Counted from the stretch's first letter, positions 19,930-30,577 are shown. The stretch: 64,000 nt of DNA from Marispirochaeta sp. (GCA_963676835.2 CAXXFF010000002.1:832001-896000); one strand, 5' to 3'. A program made the numbers and translations. The notes: generated by a model from the sequence alone, not told the origin.

Positions 19930-21894
19930 ATGGCAAAGATTCTGTATGTTGTTCCTACTATTGAGTTCAAACAGGATATGGATAAAACCATTGAAGAACA
20001 TAAAAAATACTACCATATGTTTTACCCGAGTCGTGATTACATTGAAGTGGAATCAATATTCAAGACCAGTGCAGCCCTGATTGACTGTGATGCCTATAAT
20101 GCGGATGTAATAATTGCCCGGGGATTTCTTGCCACCAGGCTCAAGAAGATGCATCCGTCAATACCGGTGGTGGAAGCTCCGGTAACCATGACGGATCTGA
20201 TGCTGGCTGTGCGGGAACTGCAGGAGATGGGAGCGGCTGACCGGCCTATTGCCATGATTGGTCTGGGGATGGTGTTTCATCAGGTAAAGGCCGTTGAGGA
20301 CCTGCTCGGGGTAAAGCTGGTGGCCATTGATTATCTGTATAAAGACCGGTCCCCGGAAGTAATCACAGAACTGATCGATGATGGGGTCTCCCGGGGTTTT
20401 ACCAGCTTTGTCGGCGGGGCAACCCTTGTTGAATATGCGAAGGAACGCGGGTTACCTGCCTCCTTTGTGAACAGCGGAGCTGAATCAAAATGGCTGGCCC
20501 TTAATCAGGCTCAGCATATTGCTGCCATCCGGCGCAAGGAGCGGGAGCGTTCCGCCAGATATGAGACAATTCTGGATCATTCCCTGGAAGGGATTATTAC
20601 TACCGATGCGGAAAAGAAGATTATTCAGATTAATACTGCTGCCGGCAAAATTCTGGGAATTGATCCTGCAGTTTCCAGCGGTACCAGGATTGAAAAATTG
20701 ATTCCGGAACCCAAATTCATGGCTCTTCTGGGAAAGGATCGGGATTATACCAATGAACTTATCAAGTTAGGGAAAAACAGCATTGTTCTTAACAAGGTAT
20801 CCGCCTCATTGGGAAAAGAGCGTATAGGTAGTGTAATAACCTTTCAGGATGTAAGTAATGTTCAGACGGCGGAGATTAAGATCCGGAGTGCCCTGCATCA
20901 CCGGGGGCTTCTTGCCAGGTACAGCTTTGAGGATATTATAGGGGACAGTCCTGTTCTGAAAAATACCATCGAGACAGCCCGTACTTTTGCAGGGGTTCCT
21001 TCCAATATTCTCATAATAGGTGAAACCGGAACCGGAAAGGAGCTGTTTGCACAGAGTATCCACAATGCCAGCCGGCGGAACAATGCCCCATTTGTGGCGG
21101 TCAACTGCGCAGCCATTCCTGAAAATCTGATGGAAAGCGAGTTCTTCGGCTATGCCGGCGGCGCCTTTACCGGAGCAAGCAAGGAGGGCCGGATAGGTTT
21201 CTTTGAACTGGCTCATGAGGGGACTATTTTTCTGGATGAGGTTTCCGAAATTCCGCTCAAGCTGCAGAGCAAGCTGCTGCGGGTGATTCAGGAAGGGGAG
21301 GTTATGCGGGTCGGGCATGACAAGATTATTCCTGTCAATGTGAGGGTGATCTGTGCTGCCAACCGGGATCTTAAACCTCTGGTAAGAGAAGGGCATTTCC
21401 GGGAAGACCTTTTCTATCGTCTGGCTGTTTTGCAGCTGAGGCTTCCGGCTTTACGGAGCCGGGGGAAGGATATAGGTCTTTTAGCAGATTTTTTTGTACG
21501 TCAGTACTCGTCAATCTTTGCAGTATCTCCCCAGGTTCTTACCGACCCTGCCCGGAGCCTCCTCGAATCATTCTCCTGGGAAGGCAATATCCGGGAGCTG
21601 AGAAACATCTGTGAGCAGCTTGTGGTACTGAACAAGGGAGAGAAGATAGATGCATCTATGGTGAAATCAATTCTGTTTCCCGAAGCAGGAGCTGATCTGG
21701 AAATATCAATAGCGGATAAGGGACAATCGTCACTGGATCTTATGCAGAAAACCGAAAGGGAGCTGATTGTTCGGGTCCTGGAGGAGCACCGGTATAACCG
21801 GACGAAATCTGCCGATGCGCTGGGGATTAACCGGTCTACTCTGTGGCGGAAAATGAAAGAGCTTCAGATTGACTGTGCGGTGTCGGTGCGGTGA
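19930..21894 (+). CDS. Sigma54-dependent enhancer-binding protein (PrpR-like N-terminus, PAS, AAA+, Fis HTH)
   Basis: GETGTGKE, GAFTGA, FLDE, FREDLFYRL, WEGNIREL, LGINRSTLWRK; ATG 19930 behind GGAGG. Confidence 0.95.
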   Translation: MAKILYVVPTIEFKQDMDKTIEEHKKYYHMFYPSRDYIEVESIFKTSAALIDCDAYNADVIIARGFLATRLKKMHPSIPVVEAPVTMTDLMLAVRELQEMGAADRPIAMIGLGMVFHQVKAVEDLLGVKLVAIDYLYKDRSPEVITELIDDGVSRGFTSFVGGATLVEYAKERGLPASFVNSGAESKWLALNQAQHIAAIRRKERERSARYETILDHSLEGIITTDAEKKIIQINTAAGKILGIDPAVSSGTRIEKLIPEPKFMALLGKDRDYTNELIKLGKNSIVLNKVSASLGKERIGSVITFQDVSNVQTAEIKIRSALHHRGLLARYSFEDIIGDSPVLKNTIETARTFAGVPSNILIIGETGTGKELFAQSIHNASRRNNAPFVAVNCAAIPENLMESEFFGYAGGAFTGASKEGRIGFFELAHEGTIFLDEVSEIPLKLQSKLLRVIQEGEVMRVGHDKIIPVNVRVICAANRDLKPLVREGHFREDLFYRLAVLQLRLPALRSRGKDIGLLADFFVRQYSSIFAVSPQVLTDPARSLLESFSWEGNIRELRNICEQLVVLNKGEKIDASMVKSILFPEAGADLEISIADKGQSSLDLMQKTERELIVRVLEEHRYNRTKSADALGINRSTLWRKMKELQIDCAVSVR

Positions 21895-22030
21895 GTTGTT
21901 TACGGTAAATATAAGTTGTTCTTAAAAATGTTGTTAGCGGTGCCCATAAGTTATAAAAATCTCTGGCATGATTATTTTGATCTGAGAAAGTGCGCGAAAA
22001 CAATAATATTCTTTTTATAAACAATCTATA

Positions 22031-22060
22031 TTGACTGAATTCATTCAGTTGGGCTATATT
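22031..22060 (+). promoter_or_regulatory. Sigma70-type promoter overlapped by candidate TetR operator
   Basis: TTGACT-18 nt-TATATT; palindrome ACTGAAT-TC-ATTCAGT at 22034-22049. Confidence 0.75.
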
Positions 22061-22088
22061 CTACTTAAGACCATTGTGGGAGAAGCTT

Positions 22089-22670
22089 GTGGCAAGAGTA
22101 ACAAAATCAGTCAGTGAGCGCCGTGAGGAAATAATTAATACCGCAAAGAGTATTTTTATAGAAACTGGATTTGAAAAAACGCAGATTAGTGACATTGCAG
22201 GAAGAATGAATGTGTCGCAAGGGCTTGTTTATCATTATTTCAAGTCAAAAGTTGAAATGCTCTATGCCGTAATTGATGAAATAGCTGATGAAAAACAGAA
22301 GCAAATAGATAATATTCTGAATTCCATGGATACAAGTGCGTCTCAGAAACTCATTACTTTGCTAAAAATTAAAACAGAATCGGATGACCTGGATAAGCTG
22401 GTCCCGAGTATTACCAGTGATGCAGCAATTATTGAGTACTGTTCCAGAAGGATCACTTTGTCAGCAATGCCTATGCTCATCGCCCTTATAAATCAGGGGA
22501 ATGGTGATGGATCGTGGTGCTGCAAGTATCCTGAAGAAACAGCTTTATTTGTCTCAAGCGGATTAAGGGGGCTACATGAAAAAATGGGATCTCCGGAAAA
22601 TAATAAAAGAATCAAGATAGCGCTAATGGATATTATGCAGAAAATTCTTGGGACATTTCAACCTGGGTAA
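22089..22670 (+). CDS. TetR/AcrR family regulator
   Basis: RREEIINTAKSIF...DIAGRMNVSQGLVYHYFKSK HTH. Confidence 0.93.
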   Translation: MARVTKSVSERREEIINTAKSIFIETGFEKTQISDIAGRMNVSQGLVYHYFKSKVEMLYAVIDEIADEKQKQIDNILNSMDTSASQKLITLLKIKTESDDLDKLVPSITSDAAIIEYCSRRITLSAMPMLIALINQGNGDGSWCCKYPEETALFVSSGLRGLHEKMGSPENNKRIKIALMDIMQKILGTFQPG

Positions 22671-22716
22671 AATCATGCTTGATAATCTATAAAAGACAGG
22701 AGTGCAAGGACAATTA

Positions 22717-24042
22717 ATGAAGATTAAACTTTTGATAATTTTTCAGCTATTCATGGTTGCAACACTTATAGCGGAAAAAATGACAACCGTAACTATTTTC
22801 GAAGAGGTCGCAGTGAAAATGGCCCTTGAAAATAATCTGAGTTTGCAATCTGCGATGATTGATCTAAAGAGTAGCAGGTTAAACGCTTCCAGTAATTGGA
22901 ATGTCATCTTGCCGGAGTTCAATTTAAATTCAGGGTTCAGCAGAACCGATTCTCTTGTGCATGATTCAGTTGACTCCAGTAGTTGGGCCGGATCGATTTC
23001 CTTTTCAGCTGATTTGAAACTTAATGCAGCATCAGCTCTACATGGCAAGAGAAGTGCAATATCATATGAAGCACAGTTGCTGAACTATGAGGCAAACCGT
23101 TCCATGCTGATTTTAAACGTAAGAAAACAGTTTCATTACATTCTTGCCTATAAAGAGTATCTGGTTTTACAGGAGAGGAATCTTGATTTGGCTCAAAGGC
23201 GTTATCTGCAGGCTGAAACAAATCACAAGAACGGACGAGCTCCGGAATTGACTGTTCTGGAGGCACAGTACTCTTATGAGAGTCTCAAACCGGTGCTGCA
23301 GGAAGCAAAAACGATCTATGAAAGTCAGCTGATGGTTTTTAAAAAATTACTTGGGATTGATCTGGAAAAAGAAATAATTATCGAAGGTAATTCCGGATAC
23401 AACCATGATGTTATGGCTGATGATGCCTTTATTGAAAAATGTGAAGATCGCATTAATATGTTGCTCATGAACCGGCATGATGTACAAAGCGCTTTGAAAG
23501 AGGTTGCATGGTGCGAAAACCAGGAAGCAATTATCAGGGCAGGAAGTATAAGCCCTGTATTTTCCCTGAGTGCTGATTGGACCAATACTGCTCCTGATAT
23601 TATAGATCCGGATTGGGGTGATTATCTTACAGTTTCCGCCTACCTGACAATTCCTCTTAATGGATTTATCCCGGGATCATCTACCGTTTTGGCGGTCAAA
23701 CATGCGTCAAATTCTTCAGAGAAAGCAAGAATAAACTTGCATGAGGTTATCCTTGAAGCCGAGCAGGAAATACGAATTATGTTGATGGAACTGAATGGGC
23801 ATAAACGGAATATCGAGAAGAACAAACTAAATGTCGAACTGGCTAAAAAAACATATGAAATGACAGAATCCGCATATTTGCAGGGGGTAAAAGAGGTCCT
23901 TGATGTTAAGGGTGCTCAGAACAATCTCTTCAGCGCTGAACAAAATCTGATTCTGAGTAGATATAACTACTTATCCGGGATTCTGGATCTGGGGTTTGCA
24001 TTAAATATTGACGTGGAAATCATTGGTAATTCAGGAGAATAA
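22717..24042 (+). CDS. TolC family outer-membrane efflux protein
   Basis: Signal peptide, ALENNLSL, two OEP-like helical repeats; precedes MFP and RND genes. Confidence 0.85.
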   Translation: MKIKLLIIFQLFMVATLIAEKMTTVTIFEEVAVKMALENNLSLQSAMIDLKSSRLNASSNWNVILPEFNLNSGFSRTDSLVHDSVDSSSWAGSISFSADLKLNAASALHGKRSAISYEAQLLNYEANRSMLILNVRKQFHYILAYKEYLVLQERNLDLAQRRYLQAETNHKNGRAPELTVLEAQYSYESLKPVLQEAKTIYESQLMVFKKLLGIDLEKEIIIEGNSGYNHDVMADDAFIEKCEDRINMLLMNRHDVQSALKEVAWCENQEAIIRAGSISPVFSLSADWTNTAPDIIDPDWGDYLTVSAYLTIPLNGFIPGSSTVLAVKHASNSSEKARINLHEVILEAEQEIRIMLMELNGHKRNIEKNKLNVELAKKTYEMTESAYLQGVKEVLDVKGAQNNLFSAEQNLILSRYNYLSGILDLGFALNIDVEIIGNSGE

Positions 24043-24044
24043 AT

Positions 24045-24989
24045 ATGTCTGAAGAAAACACTATCAGTAATAGCAGAATAACAGGAAGAGTTTTATTCTT
24101 TATTATTCTTTTAGTTGGATGTGGTGTTCTCTATGCTTTGATAGGGCCGGAATACTTAACATCCGAAGGCGGAGTAAGTGATCTCAAAGATCAAGAGCCA
24201 ATCATCTACTCTGTCAAGACTGAGAAAATAAAACCGGTAAGCATAGAGAATTATCTAAAGTTCAACGGTGATGTAATTGCCCAGAATAGCGTTAACATTT
24301 ACCCTGATGTAGCCGGGAAACTTATCGATCTTAAAGTGTCTCTCGGTAGCTATGTACGAAAAGGGCAAATACTTGCCTATATAGACCCATCTCTACCCGG
24401 ACAGGTATACGTTGCCAGTCCTGTGAAATCAACGATATCAGGAACAATTACGGATCTGCCATCCAAAGTAGGAGCTACAATTTCTACTGTTACCATGCCG
24501 ATTGCAACAGTAGGAAATTTAAAGGACTTGCAAATTACCAGTTATATTTCTGAGAAATATATGGCTTCTGTTGAGCTTGGCCAAATAGCTGAAATAAGTT
24601 TTGAACCTTATAACGGAAAAATATTTTACGGAGTAATTACCGAAATAAGTCCTGTATTGGATAAGAGTTCACGAACTCTGGAAATAACCATTTCTCTTGA
24701 TGAGAGCAATCATTTAATTAAATCTGGAATGTTTGGTTTGGTACGATTAATTACTGAGGTAAAAGAAGACATTCTGGCCTTGCCTGCTGAATCCATACTA
24801 AATACAGAGAGCAACTCTTTTGTGTATGTTGTTACCCCGGATAATTCTGTACATCAGCAGACGGTTAAAAAAGGTTTTGAGATAGATGGATTTGTAGAAA
24901 TTGTTGATGGTTTACAAGCTGGGGATATTGTTGTTCTGCAAGGTGGTTCCATGTTGAGGGAAGGATCTTTGGTCAATGTTGGTAACTAG
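24045..24989 (+). CDS. RND efflux membrane fusion protein
   Basis: N-terminal TM, lipoyl halves (VAGKL...VRKGQ; SPVKSTISG), SRTL, GMF, GLQAGD. Confidence 0.9.
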   Translation: MSEENTISNSRITGRVLFFIILLVGCGVLYALIGPEYLTSEGGVSDLKDQEPIIYSVKTEKIKPVSIENYLKFNGDVIAQNSVNIYPDVAGKLIDLKVSLGSYVRKGQILAYIDPSLPGQVYVASPVKSTISGTITDLPSKVGATISTVTMPIATVGNLKDLQITSYISEKYMASVELGQIAEISFEPYNGKIFYGVITEISPVLDKSSRTLEITISLDESNHLIKSGMFGLVRLITEVKEDILALPAESILNTESNSFVYVVTPDNSVHQQTVKKGFEIDGFVEIVDGLQAGDIVVLQGGSMLREGSLVNVGN

Positions 24990-24998
24990 GAGTATTGT

Positions 24999-27900
24999 AT
25001 GAGCTTGACAGAAACTGCTGTACATCGCCCCGTTGCGGTAGTTGTTATTTTTGCTTTGTTGATTGGTCTGGCCGTTTTCCTGGTCCCATCAATACCGGTG
25101 GAGCTGTTTCCCGACCTGGAGATGCCTGTTCTAATGATCAGCACTCAATATCGCGGAGCAGGGCCGGAAGATGTTGAGCGGAATATTACGGAAGTACTCG
25201 AGAAGCAACTATCTAATGTGAGTGACCTGGAATCGATAACTTCAACCTCGGCAGAAGGCTATAGTTTGATTAATATGGAGTTTGACTTTTCAAAGGACCT
25301 GGATGAAGCGACTAACGATGTCCGGGATAGATTGGAAATAGTGTCTGGCCTGCTTCCGGATGAAGCAGGAAGCCCGACGATTCTTAAACTGAATACTGAT
25401 AACCAGCCATTTTTAACACTGGGGTTACTGGGTGATCTTTCGCAGAATAAACTACGATCTATTGCAGAAGATACCATTCAACCTCTTCTTGAAAGAATCG
25501 GTGGCGTGGCTACAATTACCGTGAAAGGGGGGCAGGAGGAAATTGTTCGTGTACAAGTCTCTCAAAATCGTCTTGAGGCTTATAATTTAACCCTCACAGA
25601 GGTGGCAACAATTCTGAATGCCCAGAATTATCAGGTTGGAGCTGGAAATCTTCAGGAAGGATTGACTGAATATCTAATTCGCACAGATGCTGAATTTAAT
25701 TCTCTGGAAGAAATATCTAATGTTGTCGTCAGTTATACAGTAGTAGGATCAGATGCAGCACGGAAGGAGATCTATCTAAAGGATATCGCAGAAGTTGAAA
25801 GAACCAATGCAGAAGAAGATGATAGAGTTTTTATAAATGGAGAGTATGGCGTAACACTATCGATCCAAAAGGAATCGGATGCCAATAGTATCAGTGTGAC
25901 TGATAAAATTGAACAGGAAATGGATTCGATAAAATCCGAGCTTCCGGACGGCGTGAATATATTGGTTCTCATGGATGAGTCTGCTGAGGTTGAGTCCATA
26001 ATGTATCAAACATATCTGTCGCTTTTCCAGGGGGTTCTCCTGGCAATGGCAGTACTTTTTCTCTTCTTAAGGAGCTGGTCCAGCACCATAATAATCGCTC
26101 TTTCGATACCTCTTTCAATCTTTGTTACAATCCTGTTTATGTATTTTATGGGGCTGACTATAAATCTCATGACACTAACCGGGCTGATTCTTGGACTGGG
26201 TATGGTTGTTGATGGATCCATAGTTATTCAGGAAAATATTTTTAAATTTCGAGAAAGAGGGGCAAAACTTGAATCAGCTGCGGTTCTTGGGCCTCATGAA
26301 ATGGTTATGTCAATCACAGCTTCAACATTGACAACTATTTGTGTTTTTATCCCAATTATCCTGTTTGCCGACGGAATCGGTATTTTTGGACAGGTTTTCA
26401 GTGCGCTTTCCTGGACAATAATTATTGCGCTGACAGTATCCCTGGTTGTTGCTCTGGTCTTTGTTCCAACCATGGCCGCAAATTATTTGAAAGTGTACAC
26501 GAGAAAGCAGAAGCCCCTAAAGAATAAAACATTACAAAAAATAGATCATGCTTTTGAGATCGGATTCAATAAGCTGGATTCTGCATATGCTGAACTTTTA
26601 TCCAGATTGCTGGACAATAAAGCCAAGACAATCATTCTTGTCTTTATGCTCCTTGTATTGTCTGTAATTGGTTTTACACAATTAGGAATCATAATGGCTC
26701 CTCCCATGAGTGAGGACACTGTTTCTGTTTCATTTTCACTGCCTCAGGGAACTCCTCTCGACGAGACAGCGCTGCAGATACTTCAGTTGACATCAATTGT
26801 GGAAGCTGTGGGTGGCTATGAAAACATCGTTGTCACGGCTGGAGAAACCACAATGATGGGAGGTGCAGCTGAATCAAACAAAGCTTCGCTGGAGGTTTCA
26901 TTACCACCATATCAACTACAGACGGTTACTGCCGAAGAAATGAAAAAAGTTATTCGCAGACACTATAAGGATTTTCCAGGTGCTGAAATCGAGTTTCTTG
27001 CAGGCGGACCTGGTCTGGGTAATGCTGACCCTGTGGATATTCTTGTAAAATCTGATGATCTTGGTCATGCGGTTACATTTGCTGAAGAGCTTAAGGCTCT
27101 CATTAAGGATAAGCTCCCTGGTATAACAGACGCGGCAACTGATATGGATGAAGGGCTCCCTCAACTGCAAGTTGTTATTGATCGTGCACGTGCTTATAAT
27201 TTGGGTTTAAATATGTATGCTGTTGCGAATGAAATCAGCACCAGTATGAACGGAATAACAGCAACTACTTATCGTGTGGGCGGGGATGAGCTGGATGTTG
27301 AATTAATTCTAAGAGACCAGGATCGTAGCTCAGTTCCTGATCTGAATAAAATTTTTATAGTTAATAATTCCGGCAACAGGATTGCAGTCTCCAATGTGGC
27401 TCACCTGGAAAAGACAGTTGGGCCTGTAGCGATAAATCGTGATGATGAAATGAGAACTGTTCATGTGACCGGAGGGCTTGTTGAAGGCTATGCGGCTACC
27501 GATGCTCAAAAAGACATTGAAGAGCTGCTATCTGCACAAATAGTAGTTCCCGATGGAATTGTTGTTGGTCTGGGAGGTGATTTCAGCGATATCTTAGAAA
27601 TGGGGATACAACTTCTTATTGTTGGTATCATAGCTATTTTGCTTGTTTTTGGAATTATGGCAGCTCAATTCGAATCCTTAAAAGATCCTTTCATAATCTT
27701 TTTTACAATTCCCCTGATGTTAATAGGTGTAGTTGGTTTCTATACATTTTCAGGTGCAACTTTCAGTCTTATGTCGGCTGTAGGCCTGGTTGTTCTGGCG
27801 GGGCTGGTGGTAAATAGTGGCATTGTCCTTGTGGATTATATTAACCTGCTTCTTAAGCGCGGATACAAACTAAAGGAGGCTTGTGTATCTGCCGGAAGAA

Positions 27901-28100
27901 GTCGTTTAAGGCCTATATTGATGACCACTGCAACGACGATACTCGGCATGTTCCCTCTTGCCTTTTTAGGTGCCCCCGGGACAGAGCAGGTTCAACCAAT
28001 AGCGCAAACCATTATTGGTGGATTAACTGCAAGTTCACTTATGACGCTTTTCTTTATACCTATTTTGTTTGCAGTACTTAATGGAAGGAGGTATGAATGA
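24999..28100 (+). CDS. RND efflux permease (AcrB/AcrD/AcrF family)
   Basis: 1033 aa; GMVVDGSIVIQENI, SRLRPILMTT. Confidence 0.95.
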   Translation: MSLTETAVHRPVAVVVIFALLIGLAVFLVPSIPVELFPDLEMPVLMISTQYRGAGPEDVERNITEVLEKQLSNVSDLESITSTSAEGYSLINMEFDFSKDLDEATNDVRDRLEIVSGLLPDEAGSPTILKLNTDNQPFLTLGLLGDLSQNKLRSIAEDTIQPLLERIGGVATITVKGGQEEIVRVQVSQNRLEAYNLTLTEVATILNAQNYQVGAGNLQEGLTEYLIRTDAEFNSLEEISNVVVSYTVVGSDAARKEIYLKDIAEVERTNAEEDDRVFINGEYGVTLSIQKESDANSISVTDKIEQEMDSIKSELPDGVNILVLMDESAEVESIMYQTYLSLFQGVLLAMAVLFLFLRSWSSTIIIALSIPLSIFVTILFMYFMGLTINLMTLTGLILGLGMVVDGSIVIQENIFKFRERGAKLESAAVLGPHEMVMSITASTLTTICVFIPIILFADGIGIFGQVFSALSWTIIIALTVSLVVALVFVPTMAANYLKVYTRKQKPLKNKTLQKIDHAFEIGFNKLDSAYAELLSRLLDNKAKTIILVFMLLVLSVIGFTQLGIIMAPPMSEDTVSVSFSLPQGTPLDETALQILQLTSIVEAVGGYENIVVTAGETTMMGGAAESNKASLEVSLPPYQLQTVTAEEMKKVIRRHYKDFPGAEIEFLAGGPGLGNADPVDILVKSDDLGHAVTFAEELKALIKDKLPGITDAATDMDEGLPQLQVVIDRARAYNLGLNMYAVANEISTSMNGITATTYRVGGDELDVELILRDQDRSSVPDLNKIFIVNNSGNRIAVSNVAHLEKTVGPVAINRDDEMRTVHVTGGLVEGYAATDAQKDIEELLSAQIVVPDGIVVGLGGDFSDILEMGIQLLIVGIIAILLVFGIMAAQFESLKDPFIIFFTIPLMLIGVVGFYTFSGATFSLMSAVGLVVLAGLVVNSGIVLVDYINLLLKRGYKLKEACVSAGRSRLRPILMTTATTILGMFPLAFLGAPGTEQVQPIAQTIIGGLTASSLMTLFFIPILFAVLNGRRYE

Positions 28101-28393
28101 TACGCCTTGAAATAGTAGCTAATAAATCTGTTGAGTCAGATATCAGGGAAGCTCTTATCGGTGTGAATGCAAGTTTGAATGCTACACGATTAACTGATGT
28201 TCATGGCTGGGGTAATAGCGACCCAAAAGAAGGGAACGCTGTCTGGCCTGAAGAGAACATTCTCTATATAATATATGCTGATGATGATACAGCACATCAT
28301 TATATTGATGCTGTCAGGAGAGTGAAGCGGAGATTTCCCCTTGAGGGGATTAAAGTTTTTGCTTTACCTTACCGCGAACTGTTAAATATATAG
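28097..28393 (+). CDS. Small PII-like transporter-associated protein (PG0541-like)
   Basis: 98 aa; VHGWG..DPKEG..VWPEEN; ATGA overlap with RND stop. Confidence 0.7.
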   Translation: MIRLEIVANKSVESDIREALIGVNASLNATRLTDVHGWGNSDPKEGNAVWPEENILYIIYADDDTAHHYIDAVRRVKRRFPLEGIKVFALPYRELLNI

Positions 28394-28399
28394 TATATT

Positions 28400-28430
28400 G
28401 TTACTGCCCATCGTTAAGGCGGGCAGTAAC
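28400..28430 (+). terminator. Hairpin ending the RND operon
   Basis: GTTACTGCCC...GGGCAGTAAC, 6 nt after the stop; weak T-tail. Confidence 0.7.
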
Positions 28431-28685
28431 TTGTAACTCATCAATCAATCTAAACATTACATTTTTTCATGGTGGGATCATATAGTTCATTATTCGACCA
28501 TTGAGGAAGATAGTTTAAGCTGTTTATATCGGTTAGAACTTCCTGTGAGTTTTTGTAATTATTTTTCAATGTTGCTTCCTCCTGTAATAGTCCGTTAATC
28601 TTGCATCTTTCAAAGTTTCCTTTCTGAATTCGCAAATTCTCGTCTTACTCTGTTTCTGACTTTGTTGAAAATTGTCGTCTTTGTG

Positions 28686-28702
28686 TGTTGCAACCTGCAA
28701 CG
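28686..28702. promoter_or_regulatory. Candidate enhancer (UAS)
   Basis: TGTTGCA-ACC-TGCAACG, about 140 bp upstream of a sigma54 promoter. Confidence 0.7.
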
Positions 28703-28840
28703 TGCATATCGGATTTGCTCCGATTTCAGGTCTCACTCAACGGGATTGAAATAAGAATTTTTCATTACTATACCTCTAAGTATCAGCTGTGTAGGTAAAT
28801 ATGGATATTTCCCCTGAAGATAACGGCTGTTTATACATGT

Positions 28841-28856
28841 TGGTACATTACTTGCT
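28841..28856 (+). promoter_or_regulatory. Sigma54 -24/-12 promoter of second TTT operon
   Basis: TGGTAC-ATTAC-TTGCT with correct GG-N10-GC spacing. Confidence 0.82.
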
Positions 28857-28989
28857 TAACAACAGTGAGAATGCTTTATCTGTGGTGGATTAACTGTCGG
28901 GATTGCATATCCCTTTGGGTTCGACAATATTCCCGCAAATATAGAGCATCAAAAACTGTACCGTTCAAGCGGTATAAAAGGAGATTATC

Positions 28990-30021
28990 TTGAAAAAGAT
29001 TCTTGGAATTCTTTTAGTGTTGGTTGTACTTACGAGTGGTTTATGCGCAGAAGGCAGTAAGGAAGGAAAACTGTTGAGTGGTAACCTTCGAATTGTTATC
29101 GGTTCTTCATCAACCGGTGGAGACACATATGCGAACTCGGCAATCGTAGCGGAATATCTTGCCGAAGAGCTGGGAATGAATGTCAAAGTTGATGCAACAG
29201 GTGTTAACGGTGCATATGATGCCCTGAAACATGATTCGTCGGGACATACAATCATGATTTTCCATGACCAGGCCTACCTTGGCTATCTTTATGGTGTTGA
29301 AGGCTATGACAACCCCTTCGAAGACTATATTGTAGGCCCCCTGCTCGCAATTAATCCTGGTAATGCCTACCTGGCTCCGAAGGATTCACCATACAACACT
29401 CTTCAGGAGGTTATTGATGCAGCGGGAAACGGAACACGCGTTCGTGTAGCAATTCAGCCCGGCGGAGTATCTGAAATTGGGTATACCGCCATGAAGAATG
29501 CGGTACAGATTCAATACCCAGGTATGGAAGATAATCTGGCAGCCGTGAATACCGGTTCTCAGTCAGACAAGAATCAGTTGCTCTTCGACGGTCAGGCAGA
29601 TGTGATCAACGGTTCAATCCAGGCTAACGAGCAGTATTCTCAGCTTCCTGCAAGTGACCAGAAGGCTATGAAATTCCTTTGGCTGACTGCGCGCAATCAG
29701 ACCATTAAGCAGGCAAATCCTGAAGGATATGGAGACACCACACGCGATCAGATGCTGCAGTGGGTAGATCCCAAAGTACAGCTTGCCAATGATTTTACCT
29801 TCGATAAGGAATTTGTGGTTCTCTACAATAAGGACATGGATCCTGCACTTGTTGATTATTTTGATAATGCCCTGAAAAAGATCTTTGCAGCTGGAGAGAT
29901 TCAGAAAACCCAGAAAAAGTCCTTCTTTATTCCGGACTTCCTGCCTTCTGCCGAGGCGCAGGCATACCTGAAAGAGAAGATGGAAAAATATGAAGGTATT
30001 ATTTCCGCACTGAAAAAGTAA
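28990..30021 (+). CDS. tctC: Divergent TTT substrate-binding protein
   Basis: Signal peptide, IVIGSSSTGGDTY; directly upstream of tctB/tctA; TTG start behind AAGGAG. Confidence 0.82.
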   Translation: MKKILGILLVLVVLTSGLCAEGSKEGKLLSGNLRIVIGSSSTGGDTYANSAIVAEYLAEELGMNVKVDATGVNGAYDALKHDSSGHTIMIFHDQAYLGYLYGVEGYDNPFEDYIVGPLLAINPGNAYLAPKDSPYNTLQEVIDAAGNGTRVRVAIQPGGVSEIGYTAMKNAVQIQYPGMEDNLAAVNTGSQSDKNQLLFDGQADVINGSIQANEQYSQLPASDQKAMKFLWLTARNQTIKQANPEGYGDTTRDQMLQWVDPKVQLANDFTFDKEFVVLYNKDMDPALVDYFDNALKKIFAAGEIQKTQKKSFFIPDFLPSAEAQAYLKEKMEKYEGIISALKK

Positions 30022-30046
30022 TCAGAAAGACCTATTTAGCATATCC

Positions 30047-30078
30047 TCAGATTCCGGTGCTTTGGCGCTGGAATCTGA
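30047..30078 (+). other. Intercistronic hairpin after tctC
   Basis: TCAGATTCC...GGAATCTGA stem, no T-tract. Confidence 0.6.
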
Positions 30079-30127
30079 TTACTTATAAATAACTCGACCA
30101 TAGAAGGTAGTTCTGGAGGATTCTTTC

Positions 30128-30577
30128 ATGAATGAGAATACTGGATTCCTGCATATAACAATTGATTTTGATACATCTCATTTGTTTTTTCCCAAGATTG
30201 TTATTGGAATTTTAATTTTTCTGCTGATCGTAATCGGCATTCATTCCTTAGTTAAATATCGTAAAAAGGGCGGTATTGGGACTGCGCTGAAGTCCTATCA
30301 TTTTTTTGCAAAGGATTTTGATAAGATCAAATTATTGGGGACAATAGGGCTACTTGCGGCTTACTTCTATTTAATGAACCGTATAGGCAGGCTGTTTCCG
30401 AACCAGGGGCTGGGATTTCTGATAACTTCGATACCCTATATGTTTATTCAGTCGTCCCTGTTTGTCGGAAAAGCATCAGTACGCAAGCATCTTGCTGCCA
30501 TATCCATCACATCGGTGGTAACGCCGCTGTTTGCATGGATACTGTTTGGAAAACTGTTTTTTATAACCCTGCCATAA
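30128..30577 (+). CDS. tctB: TTT small permease subunit
   Basis: Four TM segments, FFPKI, C-terminal ITLP. Confidence 0.82.
   Translation: MNENTGFLHITIDFDTSHLFFPKIVIGILIFLLIVIGIHSLVKYRKKGGIGTALKSYHFFAKDFDKIKLLGTIGLLAAYFYLMNRIGRLFPNQGLGFLITSIPYMFIQSSLFVGKASVRKHLAAISITSVVTPLFAWILFGKLFFITLP

Noticed and set aside
28450..28635. 61-aa minus-strand ORF in AT-rich spacer
   Set aside because: TTG start, no clear RBS or motif; could be a gene remnant but is unsupported
28896..28935. GGTTCGA resembling a tRNA T-loop in the tctC leader
   Set aside because: No cloverleaf or acceptor stem can be built; no riboswitch consensus recognised
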